From Eledone cirrhosa (lineage: Eukaryota): a DNA stretch of 64,000 nucleotides. The stretch spans positions 25,606,001 through 25,670,000 of the forward strand of contig OZ024748.1 of NCBI GenBank assembly GCA_964016885.1, read 5' to 3'. The position numbers and the translations under genes were made by a program. Positions 27,260 to 40,000 of the stretch are shown piece by piece (the first letter of the stretch is position 1; each line of letters opens with the position of its first letter). The notes below the pieces were generated by a model, which saw only the letters and a list, made by a program, of their open reading frames with translations, searched no databases and was not told where the DNA came from.

Positions 27260-28594
27260 ATATATATATATCAATATCATGCAGCCACTGTATTTGGCAA
27301 GTTGTAAATTGCCCTTGCCGAAGCATACTGCATTACCAATATATATAGTAAAGGTCCAGATATAAAAGTGCAAATGCCACAATACGATTATACAATTTGT
27401 TAGCACTTTGAGACCAGTTTTGCTCAATACACATTCAAACCATATCTCATTGAGTGAGTAATTGTGACCAAACAAGATTATAACTATTTGCCACAACATC
27501 TATATTAACAGTTAACAGAACAACCAGAAATGTAAGTAGACTGTATTGACATCCTCTTTACCTTTGTGTTTTTCAATTTTCCAAAACTGCTGAAGATCTA
27601 AGATATGGCTGTATATTCAAATTTTGAATTTTTTTTCTGCCATTTAGCACTGCCCTATGGGGGTTGATATGCCATTCTCCCTCACATGACATCACTGCTT
27701 GCTGCAGAAAATTGTATTCTTTTATGCTCATACAAAATGAACAAATTCACTCCTCTATAGTTACTAGGTCTGCTGATGAAACTAATGCAGAAAATGCCTT
27801 GCATCATGCAACCACTCTATTTGGCAAGTTGCAAATTGCACTTACCGAAGCTTACTGCATTTACAGAAACCAGACATAAAAGTACACATGCCACCATAAG
27901 AATATGATAATTGTGATCAAATGGGATTGGCAAATATTTCCCATAACCTCATCAATATGTGTGTGTGTATTTGTGGGTGATTAATAATATCATAATGTCA
28001 TTAATATTTGGTTTGTAACAGCCTCATAAGACACCATGTGGAGAGATGCTGTGCTGAATAGGACCCGTCCAACTCTTGCAAGCAGGGAAAAGCAGACGTA
28101 AAATGATGATGATGATGATATACATGCAAATATCATCATCATCATCACCGTTTTACGTCCATTCTTCCATGATAGAATGGGTTAGACAGGTTGTCATGTG
28201 GGCAATGCCAGGTCGAGTGACCTTGTCTTGCTCATACAGGAACTGATTTTGGCTTGATTTCTACAGCTGGATTCCCTTCCTAACACCAACCTCATTTAGA
28301 ATGAGTGATGGGTGCTTTTTTGTTGTGACACCTCCATAACCACTTTGCAGTGGGCTGGGGGCATATTGTCTATACACATATGTATACATCATATATTGCT
28401 AGCGTGGAAGATGGACGTTAAACGAAGATGATGATGATGATGAATTGAATATAAAAGAGATAAACACAGATATATACATATGTGTTCAAATTGTAAGGGA
28501 CCAGATTCGATAGGGTGAAAAGAATACTAACTATGAACAATGCGGCTTGCCAGACTAAATTTAAGAATAAATTAAGAAAAAAATCCCCAAAATC

Positions 28595-28995
28595 CACTGT
28601 TACGCTCAAGGTACACCTTCTCGTGCCTTTAACATATTCTTTTGATTGGTCTAAAATAGACCAATCAATTTCATATGGAATCCCAAGCTCTTTCATCTGC
28701 CACATTCTATTTGCCAGCGCCGTAGTTTTCTTTTTATCCTGGTGTTGAAAGGAAGCGACATGCGCAAAGTATCTTTTTTTAAAAGTATCCTGGGTCATGC
28801 CCACATAACGTTCTCTGGTAGAAGGTTGGTTGGTGTGGATAGGCCTTATAATTGCCTCATATACAACGAATTTGATGTTGCATTTGCCTTGCAAAGGACA
28901 TTTGCCTTGCAAAGGACATTTGCCTGGGTTTCTGCATGAACATCCTGGGATTCCTCTGCCAGTTTTTCCAGTGATGTTCGATTTTATGAAAGCTG
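28595..28995 (-). mobile_element. Penelope-like element, GIY-YIG endonuclease fragment
   Basis: CPLQGKC..VVYEA...YVGMT..FKKRY..H..SF...TALA...W..K......I.WSI....Y.....RC motif set. Confidence 0.88.
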
Positions 28996-29636
28996 TTTAT
29001 ACTTCCACTGGACACCTACATGCATGTATCTATTTGTAGTTTTGTGTATGTGATTGTAGTTATGTATAACTCTGTGTGTGACACGTCTCTGTATCATTTC
29101 GTATATATATATATATATATATATGATATATGTGAGTGCGTATATGTATTTGTATATGTCTGTAAGTATGTCTATATGTTTTTATATATATGTGTGTGTG
29201 TCTCTGTATATTTGCGTATGCATATATGTATGTTTGTATATATACATATATATATATTTTACTTTTATCTGAATGTGTGTGTATATGTATGTACACGTCT
29301 TTTTCTATATTGCTACATATTTTTTATTTTTTATATATTATTTTTCTTACCCTTCTTTTCTTATGTATATTTCCCGTTATTTTTCCAGCCTCACTTCCAA
29401 TTTTTAACAGATTTTAAATCTCATTTCATATCTTTTATCCATAACATCTCTGACGACCGATCCAGGCATGTATTATTATCGTCTGTGATCCAGAAACCTT
29501 TGGTAATGGACTAGTTATATTTTGTGTTGTTCAATTTCTAATTAAATAGCTCTATTTTATAGATAGAGCATTCTTTTTTCCTTCGCTGTTCCTTCGTAAT
29601 TACCTACCTACACACATATATATATATATATATATA

Positions 29637-31910
29637 CGTGAGGTGTTCAGGATTGCTAGGCAATGCGTCAAGGAAAACCGTGATATTGTCGGGGAGAAGT
29701 GTGTACTAAACGACGATGGCACACTTGCCATCACCGACGCTGATAAGAAGGTAGCTTGGAAGTGTCACTATGAAAGGCTTCTAAATGAGGAGAATAATTG
29801 GGAGAAAGGCAGTCTCCCCCATATCGACCCAATAGAGGGACCAGCAGTGTTAGTCGAGGGGAGTATAATAAGTAAGGCAATCAAGGATATGAAGACTGGT
29901 AAGGCGGCTGGGCCTTCGGAAATAGTTGCTGAGATGCTGAAGGCATCTGGCACGGTGGGACACACCATGGTCACCCGCATAGTTAACCAAGTCGTACAGA
30001 ATGGGGTTGTTCCGAAGGACTGGCATAGCAGCATCATCGTTAACTGTTATAAGGGTAAAGGAGACGCCCTAGATAGGAGTAACTATAGAGGCATTAAATT
30101 AATCGACCAGGTCATGAAGGTCACGGAAAGAGTAATAGCGCAACTAATCAGAGAGAGAATTGACCTAGATGAAATGCAGTTCGGGTTTGTGTCAGGCAAA
30201 AGTACCACAGACGCTCTTTTCATAGTACGACAACTACAGGAGAAGTACCTAGCTAAAGGTAAACCCCTCTACTTAGCTTTTGTCGACTTGGAGAAAGCCT
30301 TCGACAGAGTCCCCCGCTCCATTATCTGGTGGGCTCTTAGAAAACTAGGCGTTGACGAATGGCTTGTGAGGGCTATACAAGCCATGTATAAAGAAACAGT
30401 CAGCAAGGTTAGAATTAACAACGAATATAGTGAAGAGTTTAGCGTAAAAGTTGGCGTCCATCAGGGCTCTGTTCTCAGTCCACTACTATTTATTATTGCC
30501 CTTCAGGCTATAACAGAGGAGTTCAAGACAGGCTGCCCATGGGAACTCCTATACGCAGACGACCTGACACTCATAGCGGAATCAATGGCCGAGCTAGAGA
30601 AGAATTTCCAAACATGGAAGCACGGCCTAGAGTCAAAAGGACTTAAAATTAACCTGGCTAAGACCAAAGTACTAGTTTGTAGGAAAGAAAACAAGGCGGC
30701 GGTCCCTTCTGGGAAATGGTCGTGCTCGGTGTGTAGGAAAGGCGTAGGTAGAAACTCCATTTTATGTCCTAAATGCAAAGTATGGGTGCATAAAAGATGT
30801 AGTGGGATCACAGGTAAGCTAACTAAGAACATAGATTTTACATGTGGCCGGTGCTCTGGTGCAATAAGTAGCAGCAAGTGCCCACAAACTACTAGCTCTT
30901 TCAATTGCGCAGAGGGTTCTATAGAAATAGTGGACAGCTTCCGTTACCTGGGCGATAAAATCAGCAGTGGGGGAGGGTGCTCTGAAAGTACTGTAGCTAG
31001 AGTCAGAACTGGTTGGAAAAAGTTCAGAGAGCTTATACCACTATTAGCTGCTAAAGGGTTCTCACTAAAAATGAAAGGCAGGTTGTACGATGCCTGCATA
31101 CGAACAGCAATGCTGCATGGCAGTGAGACCTGGGCATTGTGTGCAGAGGATATACGCAGACTAGAGAGGAACGAAGCTTGCATGCTCCGCTGGATGTGTA
31201 ACAGTAATATACGTGAACGGCAAAGCATAAACGAACTAAGGAAAAAATTAGAGATAAGAGGGATCAGATGTTGTTTACTCGAGAGAAGGCTACGTTGGTA
31301 TGGACACGTGATGCGCATGAAAGTCGATAGCTGTATAACAAAGTGCAGGGCAATAAAGATAGACGGTAGTCACGGAATAGGCAGACCTAGAAAAACCTGG
31401 GACGAGCTGATAAACTCCGACATCACACACTTACACCTCTCCAAGACAATGTCACTGGACCGAGACCTTTGGCGGTACTCAGTAACAGAGAAGACCCGCC
31501 TTACCTAAATATATAGTAAAACCTACTCCAGCCAGTAGGCATCTCTAACAAAATACACCCCGTCCCACCACCCCCACCCCCACCCGATCCACACCACCCC
31601 GTTCTATGTAAAGTTATGTTGGTGCCGCGCCATCGAGGCCGAAACAAATGAGATCGTGTAGGTGTCACGACAAAAAAACACACAGTCCACGCTGTAATGT
31701 GGCCGTGTAGGCAACACGGTAAAAACCTCCCAGACCCACACTGTAAATGTGGTTGGTGTTAGGAAGGGCATCCAACTGTAGAAAACCTGCCAGACAGTCC
31801 TATGCGAGCAAGACAATCACTCTTGCCTCAAGTGGGACTACCCCCGTCCAAACCCATGCAAGCGTGGAACACGGACGTTAAACGTTGATGATGATGATGA
31901 TGATGATGAT
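29637..31910 (+). mobile_element. 5'-truncated RTE-clade LINE, recent copy
   Basis: Uninterrupted 621-codon frame, 3' UTR and (GAT)n tail. Flanked by (TA)n/(CA)n microsatellite; no APE domain because of truncation. Confidence 0.95.
29643..31508 (+). CDS. LINE reverse transcriptase ORF (partial) with internal PHD-type finger
   Basis: Non-LTR RT motifs NYRGI, QFGF, DLEKAFD, QGSVLSP, YADD, FRYLG, YGSETW-like and RRLRWYGHV. C4HC3 cluster CSVC..CPKC..H..C..CGRC. Confidence 0.93.
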   Translation: MFRIARQCVKENRDIVGEKCVLNDDGTLAITDADKKVAWKCHYERLLNEENNWEKGSLPHIDPIEGPAVLVEGSIISKAIKDMKTGKAAGPSEIVAEMLKASGTVGHTMVTRIVNQVVQNGVVPKDWHSSIIVNCYKGKGDALDRSNYRGIKLIDQVMKVTERVIAQLIRERIDLDEMQFGFVSGKSTTDALFIVRQLQEKYLAKGKPLYLAFVDLEKAFDRVPRSIIWWALRKLGVDEWLVRAIQAMYKETVSKVRINNEYSEEFSVKVGVHQGSVLSPLLFIIALQAITEEFKTGCPWELLYADDLTLIAESMAELEKNFQTWKHGLESKGLKINLAKTKVLVCRKENKAAVPSGKWSCSVCRKGVGRNSILCPKCKVWVHKRCSGITGKLTKNIDFTCGRCSGAISSSKCPQTTSSFNCAEGSIEIVDSFRYLGDKISSGGGCSESTVARVRTGWKKFRELIPLLAAKGFSLKMKGRLYDACIRTAMLHGSETWALCAEDIRRLERNEACMLRWMCNSNIRERQSINELRKKLEIRGIRCCLLERRLRWYGHVMRMKVDSCITKCRAIKIDGSHGIGRPRKTWDELINSDITHLHLSKTMSLDRDLWRYSVTEKTRLT

Positions 31911-32207
31911 ATACACAAACACACACACATATATACAACCCAATGCTATGGTAAATGGCAGAGCAAAGATATGAAATATGGACCTATTGAAGAACAGTTT
32001 TGGCTGCTGTAGGTTTGTAAACCTATTGTATTACAACTTAGTCATGCTTTTGGTGGTGTTGATCATAGTTTCTTGCCAAAAATAAACCAACACAAGCTTT
32101 CTGTCTAGGCATGTAAAGTTGATTGGTAAAAAGGTGAGAGGAGGGTGGATTAATGATACAAAGACAAAATTGCTTGAATCTTTTAATAAAATAAACTATT
32201 TTCTCAC

Positions 32208-32276
32208 CTGTTTTATAGGTATAACTCGACCACTTCCTAGTTTTTCTGTTTCTAACTTTTTCTCATCGTCCTTTTT
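32208..32276 (-). CDS. AGAP1: AGAP exon preceding PH domain (KKDDEKKLETEKLGSGRVIPIKQ)
   Basis: tactacag / CAG|gtgaga, 69 nt, phase 0-0. Matches the AGAP motif 'GSGR.IPIKQ'. Confidence 0.95.
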
Positions 32277-33284
32277 CTGTAGTAAGAAAGAGTGTTATGG
32301 ATATCAGAGAATGAAAAATGATTGGCAAGACAAATTTGTAACCAATATTGACTGAAAGGTAATTTTTCACCATAGTCATGCATATGTATTCTTCCCTTCT
32401 CATCTAGAGGGTAATGCTTTCATTTTTTCCACAAGTTTATGTCTGTTTACTTTCATTTTGTAAGCATTAGGTTACACCAACGTTGAACACAAGTAGGAAC
32501 AAATAATATGAAAATAACAAAACAAAAACAGTAAAAAAAAGTAGATGAACAAAGAAAGAAGCCATAATGATATTTCTGATTGATAATTACACATTTTTAG
32601 CTTATCAGATTTTCATTGATTAGTTTAATATCAATAATTTTCATAGCATTTTGCATGCTTTTTACAGTAACCTGTTTTAGGTAGCTCTTTCTAGATAATT
32701 ATTACTATTACTACGACAATAATGTCAGAGCAGTAGAATTACATTAAAGCCTATTTTCTTAAATAATTGGTGATTAAAGCCTATGGTTTGTAATTCAATT
32801 TCAGGCTTAAAAATCCATTTTCCTTACATTTCAAAGATCAGTGATTATTATGTGAACATACAATGGATGTTTTATATTTATATTTAATTGGTTATTAAAC
32901 TCATCCCAACATATTCTACAAAACGTTTGCCTTGTGAATAATAATAATAATATGAAACCTTGTGAGTTGCATTAAAACATTGTAAGTTAATTACATACAC
33001 ATCAAAGAGTTATATTTCTGTAAAAAATAAAAAAATAAAAACACCCTTAAATTTCACCCTACTGTCTTTTTAAAAAAATGTACATATTGGATTACGTGAT
33101 CTTAGATATACAAAAAAGAAAGATATTCATGGGTGGAACTTTTGGTCATAGCTCAACCTGGAATGATTTAGGGGCTAAACAACAACAACAATCTTTAAGA
33201 ACATAAAACCAGAGAATAAAAAAAAATTTTTTTTAAACCTGAAGGGATTGAAACAGAGAAAATGAAAGTTACTAAAGCAGACTA

Positions 33285-33315
<31 letters not shown>

Positions 33316-33394
33316 GTCTAAAAATGACAAAAAATAACCCAGAATTATGGGTGAAACACTTCAGCTGTACACAGTACAGTGTAACTGATTGGAA

Positions 33395-34060
33395 GTCAGA
33401 TTTATTATAGTATCAAAATCAAGATAAATGTTAATCATTGTGGTATCAAGTTCAAGGTGAATGTCAGTCATTGTGGTATCAAGTTCAAGGTCAGACATTG
33501 TGGCACCGAGATGCAGGTCAGTCAGTGTGATATTAAGTTCAAGGTGAAGGTCAGTGTCATTTCATATCAAATTCAAAGTGAAGGTCAGTGTCATTGTGGT
33601 ATCAAGTTCAAGGTCAGATATTGTAGTATTGAGGTATCAGGTTCAAAGTGAAGATCAATCATTGTGGTATCAAGTTCAAGACCAGACCTTATGATGTCAA
33701 GGCCAGACTGCTATAAAGTTCAAGGTCAATCATTGTGGTATCAATTTCAAGATGATGGTTAGTCAGTGTGGTATTAAGTTCAAGGTGAAGGTCAGAGTCA
33801 GTTCATATCAAATTCACTGTCAAGGTCAGTGTGAAGGCCGGAGTCAAGTGTCAAGGTAAAGGTCAATGTCATTATGGTATCAAGTTCAAAGTAAAGGTTA
33901 ATGTGGTATCAAGTTTAAGATGAAGGCTAGACATTGTGGTATCAAAGTGAAGGTTAGAGTCATTGTACTATCAAGTTCAATGTGAAGGTCAGTGTCATTG
34001 TGGTATCAACTTCAAGGAGAGGAACATACTAACTGTGGCATCAGGGTGAAAGTCAGTGTA
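33395..34060. repeat. Degenerate minisatellite (core gtcattgtggtatcaagttcaaggtgaaggtca)
   Basis: Many diverged tandem units of variable length. Confidence 0.9.
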
Positions 34061-37000
34061 TGACTTCTCTGAGTTCAAACTCTGTTAAAGATGACCTAGT
34101 CTATTATTGGCTTAGAGGCTAATAAATATAGGAGGAGTTGAGTTAATTATTTAAATTGTTTTTGTCTACAATAGACGAATGTGACAAAGATATATATTAC
34201 TATTGTTTATTAATTCAAATATGAGATACAGTTTCAATTTCCAGTTGAAACTACTTATGCTACTCGTGCTTTTGGGAGAAACATCACAATTCCTACTTGA
34301 TCTCTCCTAAACCTTTCAGAAATCATCCATTTTTAAGAAACAATTATTTCCATTTAGTTAGTAAAGACAATAAAAGATGCCATAAACAGATTTATCTATA
34401 TATTCTTTGTAATCTACATTTGTAGGAATAGAAACCAATTTATAGATAGAACACATGGACATGGACTCACTAAGCTCAATGAAAATTATTGGAAAGCAGG
34501 ATATATGAATCTGAATTTTGCAGCCGAAATTCCAAGCATAACTCGAACTATTTCCGAAGAGTAGCAGAAAAACAAGCATTATAGAGGTAAGATGAGAGAA
34601 ACAGGCAATATAGAGGGAAAATAAGAAGATAGGAAAATCAGGGTAAAAAGATGAGTATAAAATAATAGAAGATTTTTAAACAGTATTTTGCAAACCTAGT
34701 TAAATGTAAAGGCACATATAGCAGCAACATTTGTAATAAAATCTTTGTATGTTTACAAAAACAATCAGCCTAAAGAACTGAAGAGAATTTAACAATATTA
34801 TTTAAAGGGATTTTATATATTCTTTACAAGATTCTTTTATTATCATAAATTGATATAAAGGTTGAAAGTTTATACACGCACAGATACACATACATAAGTC
34901 TAAGATTAGCAATACACTTTTAATTAATACAGGTAGTTTGCACTTACATGTTAATTGATTAGCTAATTTAAAAAAACATTTCATTAAATAATACGCGATA
35001 TATAAAGGCCATTAATTGAAATCGAACCTATGAAATGAACTGGTAATCAAGCAAATGTTAGATTAATAACAATTATCATCTTGTTTACTATATAAACATA
35101 ATGTTAGCTTTCCAACTGAAAAATAACTCAACTTATTAAATGGTTACTTTCATCTTTATATAACAATATTAATAATATTTAGATATATAATAATGAAAAT
35201 ATATATAATGTTAACTGAAAATGTATTGGGTAATAATGCTTGCTATGATCACGAATAACTATTTGGCAGATTACTGCCAAACAATTATTGAAAATAAACT
35301 GATTTTATCTAGTTTACACTTGAAAAGATGTAATATTTTGAAAAGAAAACAACATTTATATCCAAGTGAATAAATACATCTAATGAAATTTTTAACTAAT
35401 TTGTGAACTAACTATAGAGTTTTCACAGAAACAAATCTACTGTGTGGGTTTTTTTTTTAATATAAGAATAAATTCTTCCTTCTCAAATGTATCTATGTAG
35501 AAGTAACATTAGAAGAACAGAATTTGAAAATGGTCATAAACAAGTTAACAAATAGAAGAAAAGGTTTGTGTCTGTGACAAAGCCTTACCAATAGGCTTTT
35601 TAAAAAAAAAATCGCTATTTAATATATATATATATAAAGTTTTTCCAAGTAACTCTTTAGATTACGACATATTGTCTTTCTATTTGCCAAAAATATCTAT
35701 GAACCCTCCTGCAAAGTAAGAGACTGGTTATACGATTTTGGCAGCAACAGAAAAAAGGAAGTGATGATTTTAAGGAACAATAAATAAAAAAACAAAACAA
35801 AGGGGAAAAATAAAAATAAAAAGAATAGTTTGAAAAAGTCTCAAGAAACAAGCAGGGCAATAATAATGGTAACAAGAAGACGATGAAAGAAATGAAAATG
35901 TTCCAACATTCTGTCCAATAGAAGAAACTGATCAAAGACAATACTAAAATACAGGCAACAGAAAGCAAATGGAATGAAAGCTGTGAATGGTGTTGAGAGA
36001 AAACACCAATATTTAAAATGCTGCTAACTGATATTTGCAAAAATACAAAAGCAACAATATCAAATAAAGAAGTAAAATAAAGAAGTTTTGCGGAGCAAAA
36101 TAATTATGAAACTTATAAAATCTAATAAGATAAAGAAAAACTTGATAGGAATATAACGACAACATCAAGAACAACAATAATAAACTGAAAGCTCACAACA
36201 TAACTTTAAACCACATATTTTCTAGTTACAGAATTAATTTCTTTTATTATTTCTTTTAAAAATAATAAAAGGAAAATTTAGTCTCTCATGTTTTTACGTT
36301 TGAAATGAATTCCTGAAACAACAATAGGGAATAATCGCAAAATGTTCTATTTATTCCTTTTTTTTTTTGTATTTTTTTTGTTTTTTAGATTGTCTTCTTT
36401 TAAACTGGTAATGTATCTTATAATACAAACCAATATCTGATGATTTTTAATTTAATCAGCAACAGAACAACAATGAACAAAATTCACTTACAATGGGATA
36501 GGAGAAACAATTTTTGGTATTTTATCAAATTAGAGGGTTGGTTGGTTGATTGTTTCATGAAACACATTGACTGGATCATAGTCATTTTGTATTTAACGTT
36601 AAGCAATTTTGTTTTTATGGAAGAAAACATGATGAACAAGAAAAGAAAGAATTAAGAGAGACCCATCTAAAAATTGTGATAATCAATTGACAAGACGTAA
36701 AACAGGATATTCGTAAGATAGTGATTGGCGGAAAATGTTTCAAAATGAAACTGTACATTTAAAATAAAAACAATAAGCAAATTACAATCTTTGTGATATA
36801 GATTCAACAAAGATTGAACGAAAAAGAATGTGAAGAGGATAGCTATGAAGTTGGCATCTGGTTTGAGATGATTACTGTTATAGCATGTATCCTAAATATT
36901 AACAATAATGCAATGGTTGGTATTAATGGGAGCTCTGGTTAAATAAAAGAAAGTATCTCTACAAGCACATAAGTAGCATTCATTTTCTATGCTGTTATGA

Positions 37001-40000
37001 AGTTAAAAGATGACAACACTACGATAGGTTTTGCAATACATTTTCAGTTTTTAACAATATATACCTGCCATGGAGTTCAGGACATTACAAAGTATAATAT
37101 GAATAAAAATTACGTAGTTTTGTATATTTGAAATACTAATAATATTTTGTATGATTCCAAACAAAGCTTAATCAGATTTATCATTATTGGTCAAAGGAAA
37201 TAAGATTTAGTTTGAAAAAGAGAAGTTCCATATTTTAATTTTTTTAAATAAAACTAATTCATATATGTATATTCTGAAGCAATAAGAGTTTCCATTTTGT
37301 TTGAAAAAGAAGTTTCACATATAAATCTTTTTAAAATAAAATTAATTGATATATTTAGAAAGTGAAACAAAAAGAGATTATATTTTCTTTGGAAAAAAAA
37401 AATGTTTCATATTTTACTTTTTTTAAAAAAACTAAACTTGAGGATATATGTATATAGTGAAACAAGAAGTTGATGTGAATGATATTATGTGATAACATAA
37501 TTTTTTTTTTTAAATGTGAGAAATAAAATAATTGATTTTAGCAGAAAATAAACTAAATACAGAATATTTTTCTTTCAACCTTCTCTATATTAGACGCCAA
37601 TGAGGAGACAACATTATAATTAAAATTATTAATAGACTAACTACTTATATAAGCTTCAGTTGGAAAGCTAATATCAAGAGCTTCATTTCTTTTCTATTTA
37701 GATGTTTGATTACCAGTTCATCCTACCAGACTGTTTACATAGTGTTACCAAATATACAATTTAGAAGACAGCAGTGGCCAGTCTGAATCAAAGGATCAAT
37801 TATGTTTCTGATAAGGCTTCCTGAATATAGGTTACAGCTAGAGAAAACTCCACCACAAATATAGAACAACATCAACATAATCATTGGCATCTTCAAAGGT
37901 GTATGAAAACATTTGAGAGACAAAATAAAAATAAAAATTATGGGTAAAAATGTAATAGAAACCTGTAGAAAGTTGTAACCATACTTAAATTAAAAGTAAC
38001 ATTTCTAAAGATATTAATGTAGGTTCCTGGCTAGGAAATTCAAACAAAAGTATTAAAAGATTCTTCTACTTTTAGAAACTAGTTTAATTTTTTTTTATAT
38101 ACTCTAAAAGGTAAAATGGCAGTGTCCACATTCTACATATACTGCATGTGTATGCAATCAACCGAATAAATTATTTTCCTATTTCTATTTCCACACTCTT
38201 CAACAAAGTGAAGTGAAATAGTTTAGTCAATGAAATTCCAAGAGAATATAGTGGTTTTAAAAATACCATATCTATCAAATTTACAAAATACAATACAAAC
38301 AGTATGTTATACTTTAAGATAATTACTCTAATAAATATGGGAGAAAAATAAAAAGTTAAACATGGAAACAGAGTTATTTAAATTCATTCAAAAATATGAA
38401 TTTAAATAATAAATGATGTTGAAACTTCATCACTAATATATTCTAAACTAAGAATCTTCATCAATAATACTGTATTCATTAAAGATATAACTTTGTAATA
38501 CATAACTGAGTGCAACAAAATGTGGGTATGGTGTATGTTTCACTATTTTAATCTAATGTTTAACAAAATAAAATAAATAAATAAAAACGAAAAGATTGCT
38601 TTAGCTTATTCTGTGATTTCTAATGAAATTGAAAGAAAACAAGAACAATGCCTCCACCAAAAATAGAGAAATGTACTGAGAGAGCCCTTAGTTGTGTCAA
38701 AGACATGACAACCTCTCCTATGCACTTGGTAGAACATGAGACCATACATAAACAAGACAATAGATTCCTGGATTGTCTGGGAGATCAGTAGCCCTGCTTC
38801 AGTACTGACTTGGTCTATGTAGACCCATCTAACTCTTGATAGCAGGGAAAGCGAATGTTAATGATCATATATATGTGTGTGTGTATGCTAACAAGATTTC
38901 TAAATGGAGAACATTATGTCCGCCGAGGTTAACTTTGCTTTTCATCCTTACGGGGTCAATAAAATAAAGTACCAGTAATGTACTGTGCAATTGCTGGCCT
39001 TGTGCCAAAAGTAGAAACAATTATGTATTATTAGAAAAAGGTTTATTTTCTTTCTATTGTAAGCCTGCTTCAGTGGGTTTTTTCTCAACAGCTGCAGTAG
39101 ATTCTACTTCATACATCTTGGATTTGAAATTATCAAAAGGGGTGTGGATGGATATTGATATAAAATAATATACAATGTTTATTGTAATTTGTGATTTAGT
39201 CAATTGGTAAAATCCCTGTCACCAGATCGTCATATTAAGATATGATATTATTGTCAGAGTCAGAGCAGACTAACTTCCCAAACACAGTTATATGTGATTT
39301 TTGGATTACAGATATTATTGTCCAGAAGACAGACTGGTCTAACTTGACAAACTCAGCTATGTGCTATCTACATCTCATTTATTAGTTAATTATAACTTGG
39401 AGTAATTACAACATTTTAGATCCCTGCCTCCTAAATTCACTTTACATTTATCACTTATTTCTTGGTGTCAAAATTTTCATTGCACTGTTTGTGAAATATG
39501 AACTAATATGTCTGACTAATTAATCCTTTTACAAAACTTTAGGATTGTTAAGGTCCTAACTTAGCCTTGGTGCCTGCAGTCATATCATCATCACCATCAT
39601 CGTCGTTTAATGTCAATTTTCTACACTTGTATGGTTTAGACAGGTTGTCATGTTATGAGACAAGTCAGGTCAGGTGATTATACCTTGCTCATATGGATCT
39701 GTATTTTAGCTTGGTTTCTACAGCTGGATTCCCTTCCTAATGCCAACCACATTGCAGTGTGGCTCTTTATCCTTGCACCAAAACAACCATCTAACAGGGT
39801 GGACTGTTTGTCATGTCACTAGCAGTGGATAAAATATAAAAACAATAACAATCCAAAATGTTGATGATAATCTATTACAGGTAACTTAATTACCCTAAAT
39901 GTTCCAGCTATATGAACGAGTCATGACGATCATCATCAAGTATTTTGGATAAAAGCACAAAAGAAGACTTGCAGTGATTTTAAATTCACAGTTCACAAGT

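Noticed and set aside
26702-27499. 265-aa ORF as a standalone gene
   Set aside because: Chance fusion of flanking intron sequence to the truncated RTE C-terminus.
27770-27810. CTGATGA...GAAA hammerhead-like core
   Set aside because: No credible stems I-III.
29020-29514. Long ORFs rich in Y, I, V and C (also 10038-10778, 45113-45457 and others)
   Set aside because: Artefacts of (TA)n/(TG)n microsatellites.
34515-34570. CpG-containing block as a candidate docking site for the exon cluster
   Set aside because: No complementary selector sequences found by eye; needs a computational duplex search.
34948-34962. 15-nt AG/GTAAGT-bounded microexon (a similar 33-nt case lies at 58333-58365)
   Set aside because: Both contain in-frame stops in phase 0 and are likely chance matches.
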